This document shows positions 25,093 to 37,920 of a stretch of DNA of 64,000 nt, piece after piece. The translations under genes were made by a program, and so were the position numbers. How positions within the stretch are numbered: the stretch's first letter is position 1; the number at the start of each line of letters is the position of its first letter. The stretch comes from Octopus sinensis (taxonomy: Eukaryota), in NCBI RefSeq assembly GCF_006345805.1, contig NW_021834240.1, positions 1-64,000 on the forward strand. The letters run 5' to 3'. Below the pieces are notes generated by a model. That model was given only the letters and a program-made list of their open reading frames with translations. It was not told where the DNA came from and searched no databases.

Positions 25093-25562
25093 GAGAGAGT
25101 AGAGAAAACCAGAGTAAGGAGCAGGCTGTCAGTGAAGGGTACAAATGGCAGGGTGATGAAAAGGGTGGGAGCTAGGAAGCATGGCAGTTTTCATGTGTAG
25201 CTTGTAGGTAGAAAAAGGGGCCAACCATTGGAAAGGAAGTGGGAAGGATTGATGAAAAAATGATGGATGGATGTTAAGAATTGTGGTTGGAGGAAGATGA
25301 GGAATCTGGTAGCCCAAAAGGGGGATGAAAGGTAGATTCTACTCTCATGTTGTTACTATATACACACATATATAAATATTTACGTTTTTGTGTGTGTAAA
25401 TAAATATTTAATCCTTAATTCTATTTTATTTACTCCCACACTTATTGTTGAGTAGATTTTTTTTAATTGGTTGGACACAGCTTCTTTTTGAACTCACTGA
25501 CTCCTGGAATATGTGTATGCACACACACACACACACACACATACATATCTATATATCTCTTC

Positions 25563-25881
25563 ACTCTTACTTGTTTCAGTCATTTGACTGTGGCCATGCT
25601 GGAGCACCGCCTTTTAATCGACAACTCGACCCTGGAACTTATTCTTTTGTAAGCCCAGTACTTATTCTATCGGTCTCTTTTGCCGAACCGCTAAGTGATG
25701 GGAACATAAACACACCAGCATCGGTTGTCAAGCAATGCTAGGGAGACAAACACAGACGCACAAACACACACGCACACATGCATATATATATATACATATA
25801 TACGACGGGCTTCTTTCAGTTTCCATCTACCAAATCCACTCACAAGGCATTGGTCGGCCCGAGGCTATAGCAGAAGACACT
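25563..25881 (-). mobile_element. SINE A, head truncated
   Basis: Core and tail. Confidence 0.85.
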
Positions 25882-25963
25882 TACATATACATATATATAC
25901 ATACATATATATATATATAAACATACATACATATATATATATACACATACATATATACATATA

Positions 25964-26580
25964 GGCGCCAGAGTGGCTGTGTGGTAAGTGGATTGCTTAC
26001 CAACCACATGGTTCCAGGTTCGGTCCCACGGTGTGGGACTTAGCACAAGTGGCTTTCTACTATAGCCTTGGGCTGATCCAAAGCCTCATGAGTAGATTTG
26101 GTAGACAGAAATGGTCGTGTGTATATATATATTATATATAATTAATCCAAACATGAAAACACAACAACACGAGGACGTGGAACAAATAAAGTATTATTGG
26201 ATGTTCAGGAAAGAAGGAGGGTTTAACGTTTCGAGTGGAGCTCCTCGTCGGAAACATAGAAGGAAAGATCCAGAGAAGGGAAGACAGAGGAAAAAAATTC
26301 ACCAACGGTACACACGAGGTCACATTTTGAAAGACCAATATATATATATGTATATATGTATGTAGGTATATGTTTATGTGTGTGTGTGTTTGTCCCCGAA
26401 CCATTGCTTGACAACCAATGTTGGTGGTGTGTTTATGTCCCTGTAACTCAGCAGTTCAGCAAAAAAGTCCCGACAGAATAAGTACTGGGCTTACAATGAA
26501 TAAGTCCTGGGGTCGATTTGCTCGTCTAAAAGGCATTGCTCCAGCATGGCCGCAGTCAAATGACTGAAACAAAAGAATAA
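25964..26580 (+). mobile_element. SINE A split by a family G insertion
   Basis: Head 25964-26118, tail 26360-26580. Confidence 0.8.
26142..26337 (-). mobile_element. Family G copy inserted in the (TA)n tract of a SINE A; hammerhead-like motif at 26221-26255
   Basis: SINE A head (25964-26118) and tail (26360-26580) flank it. Confidence 0.62.
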
Positions 26581-26949
26581 AAGTATACACACACACACAC
26601 CTATCTAATTGCGAAGTTCACCTGAGTCCATATGTTCCAAACAGAGTACTTGGGAGCCTGGCTGTGTAAACACAAGCCCCGCGGTGTCAGACAGCAGGTG
26701 CTTATTTACTTTGTTACACTCGGTGGATCCCTATTAAACAAACTTTGGGGCAACTTAGTCACATTTCAGCCAGGCACACACACAGTGTTTCCGCACTTCT
26801 GCCTTCATCTACAACAATCTATTTATATTTTCCTACCGTTCTTTCTATTCGTTTCTCTCTCGCTCTCTATCTGAGGTCAATTTGCTCGACTACAGGCAGT
26901 GCTCCAGTATGGCCACAGTCAAAATGAATGAAACATATAATAAAAATAA

Positions 26950-27175
26950 TAATAATAAAAACATTGTGTACAGTGCTCAGGTGCACTACAACTCATCTAA
27001 AGTGTATATATAATCAGGTGTAGTTTCGGCGGATTTCGGAAAGCATGAGGGCCTTAAAGGATGCAGTGTCATGGCAGTCAACAACTGACGCAGGCAGTTT
27101 ATTCCATGCTTCAGCAACTCTGAGCGTGAAAAAATGTTTCCGAAAGTAAAAGAATAAAAGAATATGTAGACTCTT
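26950..27175 (-). mobile_element. CR1/L2-type LINE 3' end
   Basis: Minus strand FFTLRVAEAWNKLPASVVDCHDTASFKALML, matching the RV..WN.LP..VV....FK terminal motif. Confidence 0.75.
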
Positions 27176-27299
27176 CTTTTGTTTGAGTATGTGGACCTGT
27201 GTTGGGTGTTAATAGAGTGTTTGTATCTTACTGAATAAACATTGGGCCTCACGGAAGCAATGACAAGTGACCGAGACCTTTGGAGACATGCTGTGCTTG

Positions 27300-28128
27300 A
27301 GAAGACCTGGCAAGTCAAGTGAGACCATAACTGTGGCCTATGCCAGTGCAGCGTAACCGGCCCATTTAAGAGTACCCTTCAATCATTGGGCAATAAACTG
27401 TGCTTGTGAAGACCTGTTGAGGCAAGTGAAGTCATTGTTGTAGCCAATGGCAGCAACGTCTGATTGGAAGCCGTGCCGGTGGCAAGTAAAAAGCAGCATT
27501 CGAGCATGGTCGATGTCAGTGCCGCCTGGCTGGCCCATGTACTGGTGGCACATAAAAAGCACCCACTACCCTCTCGCAGTGGTTGGTGTTAGGAAGGGCG
27601 GCGAGCTGGCAGAAACGTTAGAACGCAGGGTGAAATACGTAGCCGTATTTCGTCTGCTGTTATGTTCAGAGTTCAAATTCCGCTGAGGTCGACTTTGCCT
27701 TTCATCCTTTCGGGGTCGATTAAATAAGTACCAGTTACGCACTGGGGTTGATGTAATCGACTTAATCCCCTTGTCTGTTCTTGTTTGTCCCCTTTGTATT
27801 TAGCCCCTTGTGGGTAGTAAAGAAATAGGTATTTCGTCTGCCGTTATGTTCTGAGTTCAAATTCCTCTGAGGTCGACTTTGCCTTTCATCCTTTCGGGGT
27901 CGATTAAATAAGTACCAGTTACGCACTGGGGTCAATGTAATCGACTTAATCCCCTTGTCTGTTATCTCTGTTTAGCCCTTTGTGGGTAGTAAAGAAATTG
28001 GTATTAGGAAGGGCTTCCAGCTGTAGAAACTTTGCCAGATCAGATTGGAGCCTGGTGCAGCCTTCTTGCTTGCCAGCCCTCAGTCAAACCGCCCAACCCA
28101 TGCCAGCATGGAAAACAGACGATGATGA
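27300..28128 (+). mobile_element. Family D element split by SINE B (27600-28003, with a partial tandem duplicate)
   Basis: TSD TTAGGAAGGGC at 27589-27599 and 28004-28014. Confidence 0.8.
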
Positions 28129-29407
28129 TAAAGGGTGTATATCATAAATAGGAAACTAAAACTACCAATGCATGTATTGCCCCTTATCGTACCGTTTGTC
28201 GCTTACAAAGTGATGTTTCCAAAAGTTCCCTAAAACACTCAGACCTGATCGAATTATAAGCAAAGAAAAGCTCAACTTCATACATCATCCTCTGAGTGTA
28301 TATATGTGTATGAGTATATATATATATACATATATATAAATATGCATGTGTATGTATATTATATATATATTATATATAATATATACACATGCATATATAT
28401 ATATAGGCACACACAAAAGCATATATATATGTACACACACACATATACATACACACATATGCATATATACATGCAGGTATATATACATATACACGCATAT
28501 ATATAAACATGCACATGCATAGACACACTCATACATATACACACATGCACACACGTAGACACACACTCATACACATACACACACGTATAGACACACACTC
28601 ATACACATACACACACATGTATAGACACACACTCATACATATATACACACATATACATGCGTATATTTATATTTAAAAAAATTACCGAATGCAATCCCTA
28701 TGTAAAAACCTTTACTTTTCATTTAGATCACGTTTACAAATATACATCCATTCATTCATACATACAGGCAACGATATAAATATATATGCAAATATATATA
28801 TATATACACCCACCTATGCATGTCATTGTATTTCCTGTGTTGCATGTGACTAGCAGGTGCTTTCTAGCTTTTCTATATAATAGCACAACGCATTGAATGT
28901 ATGTATATATATAAATATATAAATATTTCTTTATGTACACCTAGTTGTCTGCCACACGTGTGTGTATGGCTGGATGTTTTATGGAGAGATTGAGCGAGTG
29001 TACATGTGGTGTGTGTGTGTGTGTGTGTGTGTAGGTGGTTGCATGGTTTTGATGATACAACAGTGCGTTGCGTGGGCGTTGTCATGCATGTGTGTGCATG
29101 AGGTCGTGCACTGAAAGGAAAGCACGTGAGTGCATACAGGTAAGCACAACCATGCAGACACCCACACACGTAAAACAGAAATAGAAACCACCTCCACACG
29201 TGTGAACATATATTTATATATATGTGTGTGTGTGTATGTATGTATACATAAACATGTATGTCTCTATTTGCATATATATATATATATATATTATATATAT
29301 AGACCGGAGTAAACACATAAATGTGAAACAAGGTGGAAAAAAGAGTACTCAAATACCAGTGGTAGAGTAATATGCTTTATTTTAAGCAGCAGAAAATTCA
29401 ACAAAAT

Positions 29408-29445
29408 CTGTTACTCTGAGTTTCTCGTTGCCGTTCATCAGACAG
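29408..29445 (-). ncRNA. Minimal type I hammerhead fold (left arm of the palindrome)
   Basis: Reverse complement reads CTGT-CTGATGA-ACG-GCAA-CGA-GAAACTC-A-GAGT-A-ACAG. Confidence 0.58.
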
Positions 29446-29468
29446 TTTTTGCTAGAATCTAGCAAAAA

Positions 29469-29505
29469 CTGTCTGATGAACGGGACGGGAAACTCAGAGT
29501 AACAG
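29469..29505 (+). ncRNA. Minimal type I hammerhead fold (right arm of the palindrome), stem II degenerate
   Basis: CTGT-CTGATGA-ACGGGACGG-GAAACTC-A-GAGT-A-ACAG. Confidence 0.55.
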
Positions 29506-29682
29506 ATTTTGTTGAATTTTCTGCTGCTTAAAATAAAGTATATATATATATATAATATATATATATATATATAATATATATATATAGCAAAGTATGCACA
29601 TATATGTGAAACAAAGTGAGGAAAAATAGTACTCAAATACCGGAGGTAGAGTAATATGCTTCATTATTATTATTATTATTAT

Positions 29683-30224
29683 TGAGTGAGAGAGCAGTGC
29701 ATGCCATCAAAGTGAACTGGGGTAAAATATACGAAGCCCATTGTACCCATCATGACTACCCGTCTGATAAGGGTACACTAGGCACATGCATCACAACCAT
29801 ATGTGCGCGACATGGTGATCTCATATCAAGATAAACAGCACATGACCTTGCAGGTGGGGCCCAGTTAGAATTTTCTTCTGGTCGAGTAATCCATCCCTCT
29901 CAAAATGTCCCTGAATAAGGGTTGTTTAAGGATGTTGAACGAAACAGCCATGTTTCCAGAGGTGAATTATTCAAACCCCAAAGAATCCCTCTCGACACAT
30001 GGCTATGATGTTCCCCCAACTACTTCTGCTCGTGATCAGAGATGCACATATCGTCAGCTACTAAGGGACATGCTCAACTGGTTAAGGTCAAACAACTGAC
30101 AAGTAAATCTGTGGTATTGAGCAGAATATTTGCTGTGGCCCATCTTTTATACCAAGACAAAACAATGTACATGATAACACTTCCGATCATTTAAGATCAG
30201 AAGCCATGAGAGCCACTGCCTGGA
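29683..30224 (-). mobile_element. Retroposon 3' segment with (TAA)n tail, inserted in a hammerhead-bearing repeat
   Basis: Flanked by (ATT)n on both sides; 29683-29870 recurs in the opposite orientation at 36214-36401. Confidence 0.6.
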
Positions 30225-30374
30225 TTATTATTATTATTATTATTATTATCATTATGAAAGCTGCAAAAACATCACAAAAATATCATTACAAACTGCTACT
30301 CAGAGTTTCACGTTCAGTTTGTCAGACATTTTAGATTTTTTTGTTTCGGTTTTTTTTTTTTTTTTTTGGTGTTC

Positions 30375-30600
30375 CATTGTCAATCTACAAAGTCCAATGA
30401 ACAGGAATTCTCTGAAGATGTCCTAGGCCATGAACCTTTTTTCAGAATAAACAAAGGATTTAATGTAGTCCCAGAAGAAAAAGTTCATGGGAGTTAAATT
30501 TGGCGACCGTGGTGTCCATTCACTTGGCCTGTGACGCCAGAGCCACCTCCCCGGGAAAGGGTTCATTCAGAAAATCCCGAACCTGCAATGCATAACCGGG
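30375..30600 (-). mobile_element. IS630-Tc1-mariner transposase C-terminal fragment
   Basis: Minus strand translates as HYALQVRDFLNEPFPGRW...EWTPRSPNLTPMNFFFWDYIKSFVY, matching the WPPRSPDLTPxDFFLWGYxK motif. Confidence 0.8.
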
Positions 30601-30769
30601 CGGCACTGGCTACGGCCACGTTCGGATGGTTCTCTTATGTGCCACCGGCACTGGTATCACAGCTGCAAATTCCATTGATGTTGATCGATTTTGATTTTGA
30701 TTTTAATTTTCACTTGCCTCAACAGGTCTTCTCAAGTGGAGTTTTGTGTCATATATATATCACTGTGAT

Positions 30770-31068
30770 CACTGTGACCAACCAGGCTATCAGATGTTGC
30801 TACACATCGCTGGTCACAATGCGCTTCGCATTGTTTTAGCCTTATAATGACGCCATCCCGCTGGCAAAGCGAGCAGGCCAACAGAAGAAAGAGTGAGAGA
30901 AAGTTGTGGCGAAAGGGTACAGCAAGGATCGCCACCATCCCCTGCAGGAGCCTCGTGGAGCTTTAGGTGTTTTCACTCAATAAACACTCACAACATCCGG
31001 TCTGGGAATCGAAACTGCGATCCTACAACCGCGAGTCCGCTGCTCTAACCACTGGGCCATTGCGGCTC
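30770..31068 (-). mobile_element. Additional tRNA-derived SINE family
   Basis: Minus-strand head ...ATGGCCCAGTGGTTAGAGCAGCGGACTCGCGGTTGTAGGATCGCAGTTTCGATTCCCAG. Confidence 0.6.
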
Positions 31069-31304
31069 CACATATATGTGTGTGTATGTATATGTTTTTG
31101 TTGTTCGATTCTTCTGCCAGTTCAAAGGATTATTATGACTAACAAGTATCACTTATTGTTCCTGCAAGAGTGTGTCTGTGCCACCATGGGAGAGACATGG
31201 TTACGTGTTTGGAAATAAACTCCACGGCTTAGAAAGGGACTGTTATTGCTTCCTGCTTGACACATCCAAATACTTGTACACACGCACACACACATATATA
31301 TACA

Positions 31305-31338
<34 letters not shown>

Positions 31339-31393
31339 TATATACACACACACACATATATATATACACACACACATATATACACACACACAC

Positions 31394-31442
<49 letters not shown>

Positions 31443-31715
31443 CACACACATATATACACACACACACATATTATATATACACACACAATCTGAAAGTCAC
31501 GTGTAAAAATGTTACCTAAGTCGGGTGGAAGGGATTAATGGTACTGGTTGTGTGCAGGTGTGTATGCAGGTGTGTATATATGTGTGTGTGTGTGTGTAGT
31601 ATATTCATACACAATGCAAATGTTTATTTTTATACATAAATAGCTGTGCTGCACGTACACGTATTCAGACAAATGCATATACACACACACACATAAATAT
31701 ATATATATATGTACA

Positions 31716-31880
31716 CATACATGTATGTATGTGTATATAAAAGGTGGGGTTAGTGCATACAGAAAGACATATATGTAGACAACGGTGTATATAAATGGAT
31801 ACGTATATATATATATATATACATACATACAAATACATATGTGCACAAGTGTATATCTGTATTATACATATGTGTACATG

Positions 31881-31917
<37 letters not shown>

Positions 31918-32004
31918 GTATCCATTTATATACACCGTTGTCTACATATATGTCTTTCTGTATGCACTAACCCCACCTTTTATATACACATACATACATG
32001 TATG
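31716..32004. repeat. Perfect ~105-bp inverted duplication
   Basis: 31716-31820 equals the reverse complement of 31900-32004; the ORF track shows the same peptide on both strands. Confidence 0.93.
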
Positions 32005-32264
32005 TATGTGTGTGTGTATATATATATATATATATAAACATTCCTGGAAGAACATCTTTTCATACACGTACAGAACTCTGTGTGTGTGTGTGATATATAT
32101 ATGTGTGTGTGTGTGTGTGGATGTATGTATATGAAATGATTAATAGCAGTCTCAAAATCGATGCCATCAAGGACCAGAAATGATGCAAGAATTTAGGCCA
32201 ACAGCACCACCGCTGCCACCACTACATCTCCCCCTCCCCAGCTCCACAATGCAATGTTTTTTTT

Positions 32265-32301
<37 letters not shown>

Positions 32302-32642
32302 AAGCCTCCATCTTGAACCACCACTGGTACAAGCAAATGAAATGATGGCTAATTTATTGATGGTGGGTGGGTGGGTGGGTGCTTGGAGGGGAACAGTCAT
32401 GGGTGGAGTGTACTTTGTATATGTTGTGGTGGTCGTGGTTGTGGAGGTGGGAGTCTTGGCCAAAAGGGTTGGACAAGGTCAGAGGCCGGAAAGAGATGGA
32501 TAGCAAGAGAGAGAGAGAGAGACAGACAGTAGACAGGTGTATATATATTATATATATAAATGGTGTGTGTGTGTGTGTATAATGATAAATACACACATAC
32601 ATAAATAGATAGGTAAAGAGAGAGTTTTATGTGTGCATGTGC

Positions 32643-32683
<41 letters not shown>

Positions 32684-33329
32684 TATATACATACATATAT
32701 ATATATATACATACACACACGTATGAGTTACTTATTCCAAAAAGCTAGGCATGGGTTTGAACTTGTCACTCCCTGGGGGGTGTATATATACACACATATA
32801 CATACATACATATATATATATACACATACATACACATGTATACGCATACATACATACACATGTATACACAACTATATGCATGTATATTTGTGTAGGTGTG
32901 CATAAAATATAGATGTGTGTGTGTGTATGTATATATACACATATGGGTGTGTATGATTGTGTATAGAAGAATATATTACTCAAAGAAATTCCAACTTTGA
33001 TTCCCACGCTTTAACGTCCATTTCCCATGCTGGCATGGGTCACTGCTGGTCTTCCCTAAAACAACCTTGCCCAGACTTGTGCCTCAGAGGGGAACTTACT
33101 CAGTACAATCCAATGGTCAGTCGTGACTGAAGGGGCACTTTTTTATGCATTTGTAACTGGCAATATATAGCTGACCCCAAGTATAACACTATCTATCTAT
33201 CTCTATATATATATATATATATATATATTAATTAAAGGAATGGTATGACAACAAAAGAATAAATGAAATCTTGATATTATGTAAATAGAGGAATTTATCT
33301 GTAAAATATTATGTGACAATTATTTGGTT

Positions 33330-33371
33330 GTGTGTGTGTGTATATATATATATACATATATATATACATAC

Positions 33372-33413
<42 letters not shown>

Positions 33414-33442
33414 GTATACATATATATACATATATAATATAC

Positions 33443-33474
<32 letters not shown>

Positions 33475-33490
33475 TACAATATATGTATAC

Positions 33491-33528
<38 letters not shown>

Positions 33529-33728
33529 GTATATATACATATATATATACATATATATACATATGTATATATATATATACATATATATATATACATATAT
33601 ATACATATGTATATGTATATATACATATATATACATATGTATATATATATATACATACATACATATATACATACATATATATATACATACATACATATAT
33701 ACATACATATATATATACATACATATAT

Positions 33729-33780
<52 letters not shown>
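33330..33780. repeat. (TA)n/(TATACA)n microsatellite
   Basis: Direct reading. Confidence 0.95.
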
Positions 33781-33786
<6 letters not shown>

Positions 33787-34181
33787 ACGTTTGTGTGTCT
33801 GAGTTTGTCTCCCCACCATCCCACAACAGATGTTGGTGTGTTTACATCCCTGTAACTTAGGAGTTCGGCAAAAATGACCAACAGAATAAGTACTAGGTTT
33901 ACAAAGATTAAGTCCTGGGGGTGATTTTTTTTGACTGAATGCGGTGCTCCAGCATGGCCGTAGTCAAATGACTGAAACAAATAAAAGAATGAAATAAAAA
34001 CAAGAAAATATATATATATGGTGGGCTTCTTTCAGTTTCCATTTGCCAAATCCACTCACAAGGCTTCAAGCAGTTTGGGGCTTAAGGAGAAGATGCTTGC
34101 CCAAAGTGCCATGCAGTGGGATTGAACCCAGAACCATGCGATTCGGAAGAAGCAAACTTCTCACCACACAGCCACACCTGC
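33775..34181. mobile_element. SINE A 3' half (+, 33775-33993) and 5' half (-, 34020-34181)
   Basis: Family motifs in opposite orientations. Confidence 0.72.
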
Positions 34182-34743
34182 ACTTAACAACGAAAAGAAA
34201 CTAACCAGAGATGCCCCCACAGTGAGCCCCTTAATTGCAAAGCAAGCGGCTCAATCCCCGCAGCCACACCTGAGCTATAAATTGCCAATTTAACACACAA
34301 TAACATAACGAAGGAAAGGTCATCACCGCTTATATGCACAAATGTGAATTTATATTTTCAGGGTGGAGTTCATTCTGTAGGTTTTCAAAACAGCATCTCC
34401 TCCACCCACTGTTGACTCTCTCTGTCTGTCTGTCTGTCTCTCTCTTTCATTTACTATGCTAAATATATTTCACATCCTCCGCCACTGGACGGCAGCTGTC
34501 TGCCATAACAATACATCTGTTTTGTGTTTTGCCAGCCCAGAGAATTATGCCAGGCTTCATGGCTTTTGTTTCCGAGAGCCGTGTGCTTTATGGGAATTTT
34601 CTATCACTGCTGTCTCATATTGAATAAAACGCGTGAATATAATGAGAGAGAGAGCGAGAAAGAGAGAGTGTGTGTATGAAAACATTTGCATGTGTGTGTG
34701 TATGTATATATATATATACATACACAAATTCATACATGTATAC

Positions 34744-34774
<31 letters not shown>

Positions 34775-36213
34775 CATACATATATATAGGCACACACATG
34801 AACTCACGTGTACACCTATACATGCAAACACACACATATACTTATATATAATATATATATGCATATACACACATATGTACACTACATATACACACACACA
34901 CATACATACATGTGTACACTATATATATATGCACACACACACATACATGTGTACACTATATATATATACACACACACACACATACATGTGTACACTATAT
35001 ATATATATATACACACACACACATATGTACACTATATATAGATGCACACACATATATACACTATATATACACACACATATGTACATTATATATATGTACA
35101 CACACACAAACACATATGTACACTATATGATGATGATGATGATGAGGAGGAGGACATACAAAACGTGTGTGTGTGTGTGTGTGTGTGTGCATAGTTTAAC
35201 ATCGTTTGGTTAATAACCTTTAGTTATGCTTTCAAAGCCCCTTTTCAGGTATCAGCAGCCAGATGCCACCACATTGTGGGACTCTCCCCTTTTATTGAAA
35301 ACACATGCAGAAATCCACAAGTTCATACAAAAGGGATTTTCAAACAAACACGTGGATTGACACTGGAACAGAAATTCCTTACAAATCCCTACAGCTGTTT
35401 CACTGCTGCATTATTATCGGCCGTTAATTCCAAAATCAAGACTAATAGAATTTACAAAAAAAAAACGTGATCAACAATGTGTAATCCTCAATAGGGAGGG
35501 GACGTTTGAGGGCTGCTCATGGAAAAACTCCGTAAAAACCATGGGTACTCTGACTTTTGGGGCAAGTGCCTTCCCTTTTTCTTTTGCAACTACAGGTGTA
35601 TTCTCAGGGCAGGCCTGTTCACTCCCACCCATTCTCACCACTTTCATCCACCCTTCAGCAAACTCGTTAGAAGACAACACCTCCCTCTCTACCCTTATTT
35701 TCCTCCTTTTCAAGTGAAAAGGGGCTTAACGAGAAGATGCTTGCCCAAAGTGCCATACAGTGGGATTGAACCCAGAACCATGTGATTCGGAAGAAGCAAA
35801 CTTCTCACCACATAGCCACACCTGTACTTAACAACGAAAAGAAACTAACCAGAGATGCCCCACAGTGAGCCCCTTAATTGCAAAGCAATTAAGGGGCTCA
35901 CTGTGCATCAGGAATTGGCCAAAGACAAAAGTGTTTGTCTTCAGCCCCTTTAATCTCATCCACCACACAACTCCTTTCGCCATGGCAACCGGGCATATAA
36001 AAACAGTCTTTCTCACAATGGATTCAGTTGATAGCTAGATCCATCCCACACACGAGAGCAGCGGTTCAACGTAAACCCACAGGTCAGCAATGCTCAGGCA
36101 CTGTACAAGTGCATGCAGGACCACCTTGTCATCCTGCACCCGTCTGAGATATGCTTGACTGATCACACAGCCGTGCCTGTAAAGTTCATAGAATAATAAT
36201 AATAATAATAATT

Positions 36214-36401
36214 CCACCTGGAAGGTCATGCGCTGTTTATCTTGATAATGAGATCACCATGTCACGCACATATGGTTGTGATGCATGTGCCTGGGGTACC
36301 CTTATCAGACGGGTAGTCATGATGGGTAAACAGGGTTTCGTATATTTCACTCCAGAGTTACTTTGACGGCATGCACTGCTCTCTCACTCAATAATAATAA
36401 T
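36214..36401 (+). mobile_element. Short copy of the same (TAA)n-tailed retroposon 3' end
   Basis: Reverse complement of 29683-29870; ends CTCTCTCACTCAATAATAATAAT. Confidence 0.65.
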
Positions 36402-36692
36402 GGCTTCAAATTTTGGCACAAGGCCAGCAATTGGGTGGGGGGGGGTGAAAGGTAAGTTGATATCCTCAAGTTAAGAATGGAGTGAATTTGAACTAATGTG
36501 TGTATCACAGTGGCATAATGACCCACCCAAGATGCAACAAATTCCGTTACAACTCCTCAGTGCACATCAAGGATCCTGCAAACCAAATTCAAAAGCAAAA
36601 AACAAAAGTACTCCACACCTGATGAATGAGTATATAATATAAACCAGATTGAAAATCCAGGCGAATACTTTTTAAGTACTCTGTAGGAATGA

Positions 36693-37059
36693 CGCAGGAG
36701 TGGCTGTGTGGTAAGTAGCTTGCTTACCAACCACGTGGTTCCAGGTTCAGTCCCACTGCATGGCACCTTGGGCAAGTGTCTTCTACTATAGCCTCGGGCC
36801 GACCAAAGCCTTGTGAGTGGATTTGGTAGACGGAAACTGAAAGAAGCCCGTTGTATATATGTATATATGTATGTGTTTGTGTGTTTGTCCCCCCAACATC
36901 ACTTGACAACCGATGCTGGTGTGTTGACGTCCCCGTAACTTAGCGAATAAGTACTAGGCTTACAAAGAATAAGTCCTGGGGTCGATTTACTCGACTAAAA
37001 GGTGGTGCTCCAGCATGGCCACAGTCAAAATGACCGAAACAAGTAAAAGAGAAAAGAGA
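36693..37059 (+). mobile_element. SINE A
   Basis: Head, core and tail. Confidence 0.87.
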
Positions 37060-37559
37060 ATGAAATCCAAGCAGTTGTCTTAATTTATAATTTCTTGCCT
37101 GTCCAGTTTGTAAATCCAAAGTTCATACATCAAATAGATTCAGTTTAAGGTCACGGAATGTGGTAGAAAAATACAAAAGAATGGAGCATTATACATATTT
37201 AATCAGCTCATGCACGTTTCGAATACACTGGTATTACATAATTCTGCAATTTTGTAATCAGGTATTCATCGATCCATATTTCACTGGCAAAGATTCTACA
37301 GAATGATTAGTTTTCTATTAGGAAAGATATAGTGTTAGTCTTCTCTTATAATTCCACCGACATCTCGGATGTTTTATAGGAATTAGTATTTGCCAAACCA
37401 CTAAGTTACAGGGTTTGGCAAAAGGGACCGAAGGAATAAGCCCCATGCTGAAAAGTATTGGGGTCAATCCATTTGACCAAATCGTCCAAGGTAGTGTCTT
37501 GCATGGCTGTAATCTAATGAGTGAAACAAGACGATATATAAAAGCTGGCGCTCCATCGG

Positions 37560-37868
37560 TTATACTGATAAGGGTTCCAGGTGATCTGATCAAGGGAAAA
37601 GCCTGCTTGTGAAATTAACAGGCAAGTGGCTGAGTGCTCCAAAGACACGTGTACCCTTAGCATAGTTCTGAGGGAGATTCAGTGTGACACAGAATGTGAC
37701 AAGGCCGGCCCCTTTGAATTACAGGTAATACTCATTTTTGCCAGCTGAGTGGACTGGAGCAACGTGAAATAAAGTGTCTTGCTCAAGGACACAATGCGTT
37801 GCCAGGAATTGAACTCACAACCTTACGATCGTGAGCCGAATGTCCTGACCACTAAGCCACTCTCTTCC
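37560..37868 (-). mobile_element. SINE C-related element (also at 49945-50190)
   Basis: tRNA-like head at the right end; body shared with 49945-50190. Confidence 0.75.
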
Positions 37869-37920
37869 ACTTTATACACACACACACATATATATATATA
37901 AATTATACATACATGCCTAT

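Larger units (their letters stand above)
29370..29543. repeat. Palindrome with ~86-bp arms and a 1-nt spacer
   Basis: 29370-29456 is the reverse complement of 29458-29543 with a few mismatches. Confidence 0.95.

Noticed and set aside
28686-28697. 12-nt AG/GT-bounded minus-strand microexon candidate
   Set aside because: Weak polypyrimidine tract; such pairs arise often by chance in AT-rich DNA.
36615-36690. CTGATGA motif; similar partial motifs at 37225-37275 (minus) and 62948-62990
   Set aside because: The matching GAAA half or the stems are missing or mismatched, so a fold cannot be supported.
37318-37593. 91-aa ORF with CNLVVWQI resembling a GIY-YIG start
   Set aside because: That stretch is a SINE A fragment (CCCTGTAACTTAGTGGTTTGGCAAA), and no other nuclease motifs are present.
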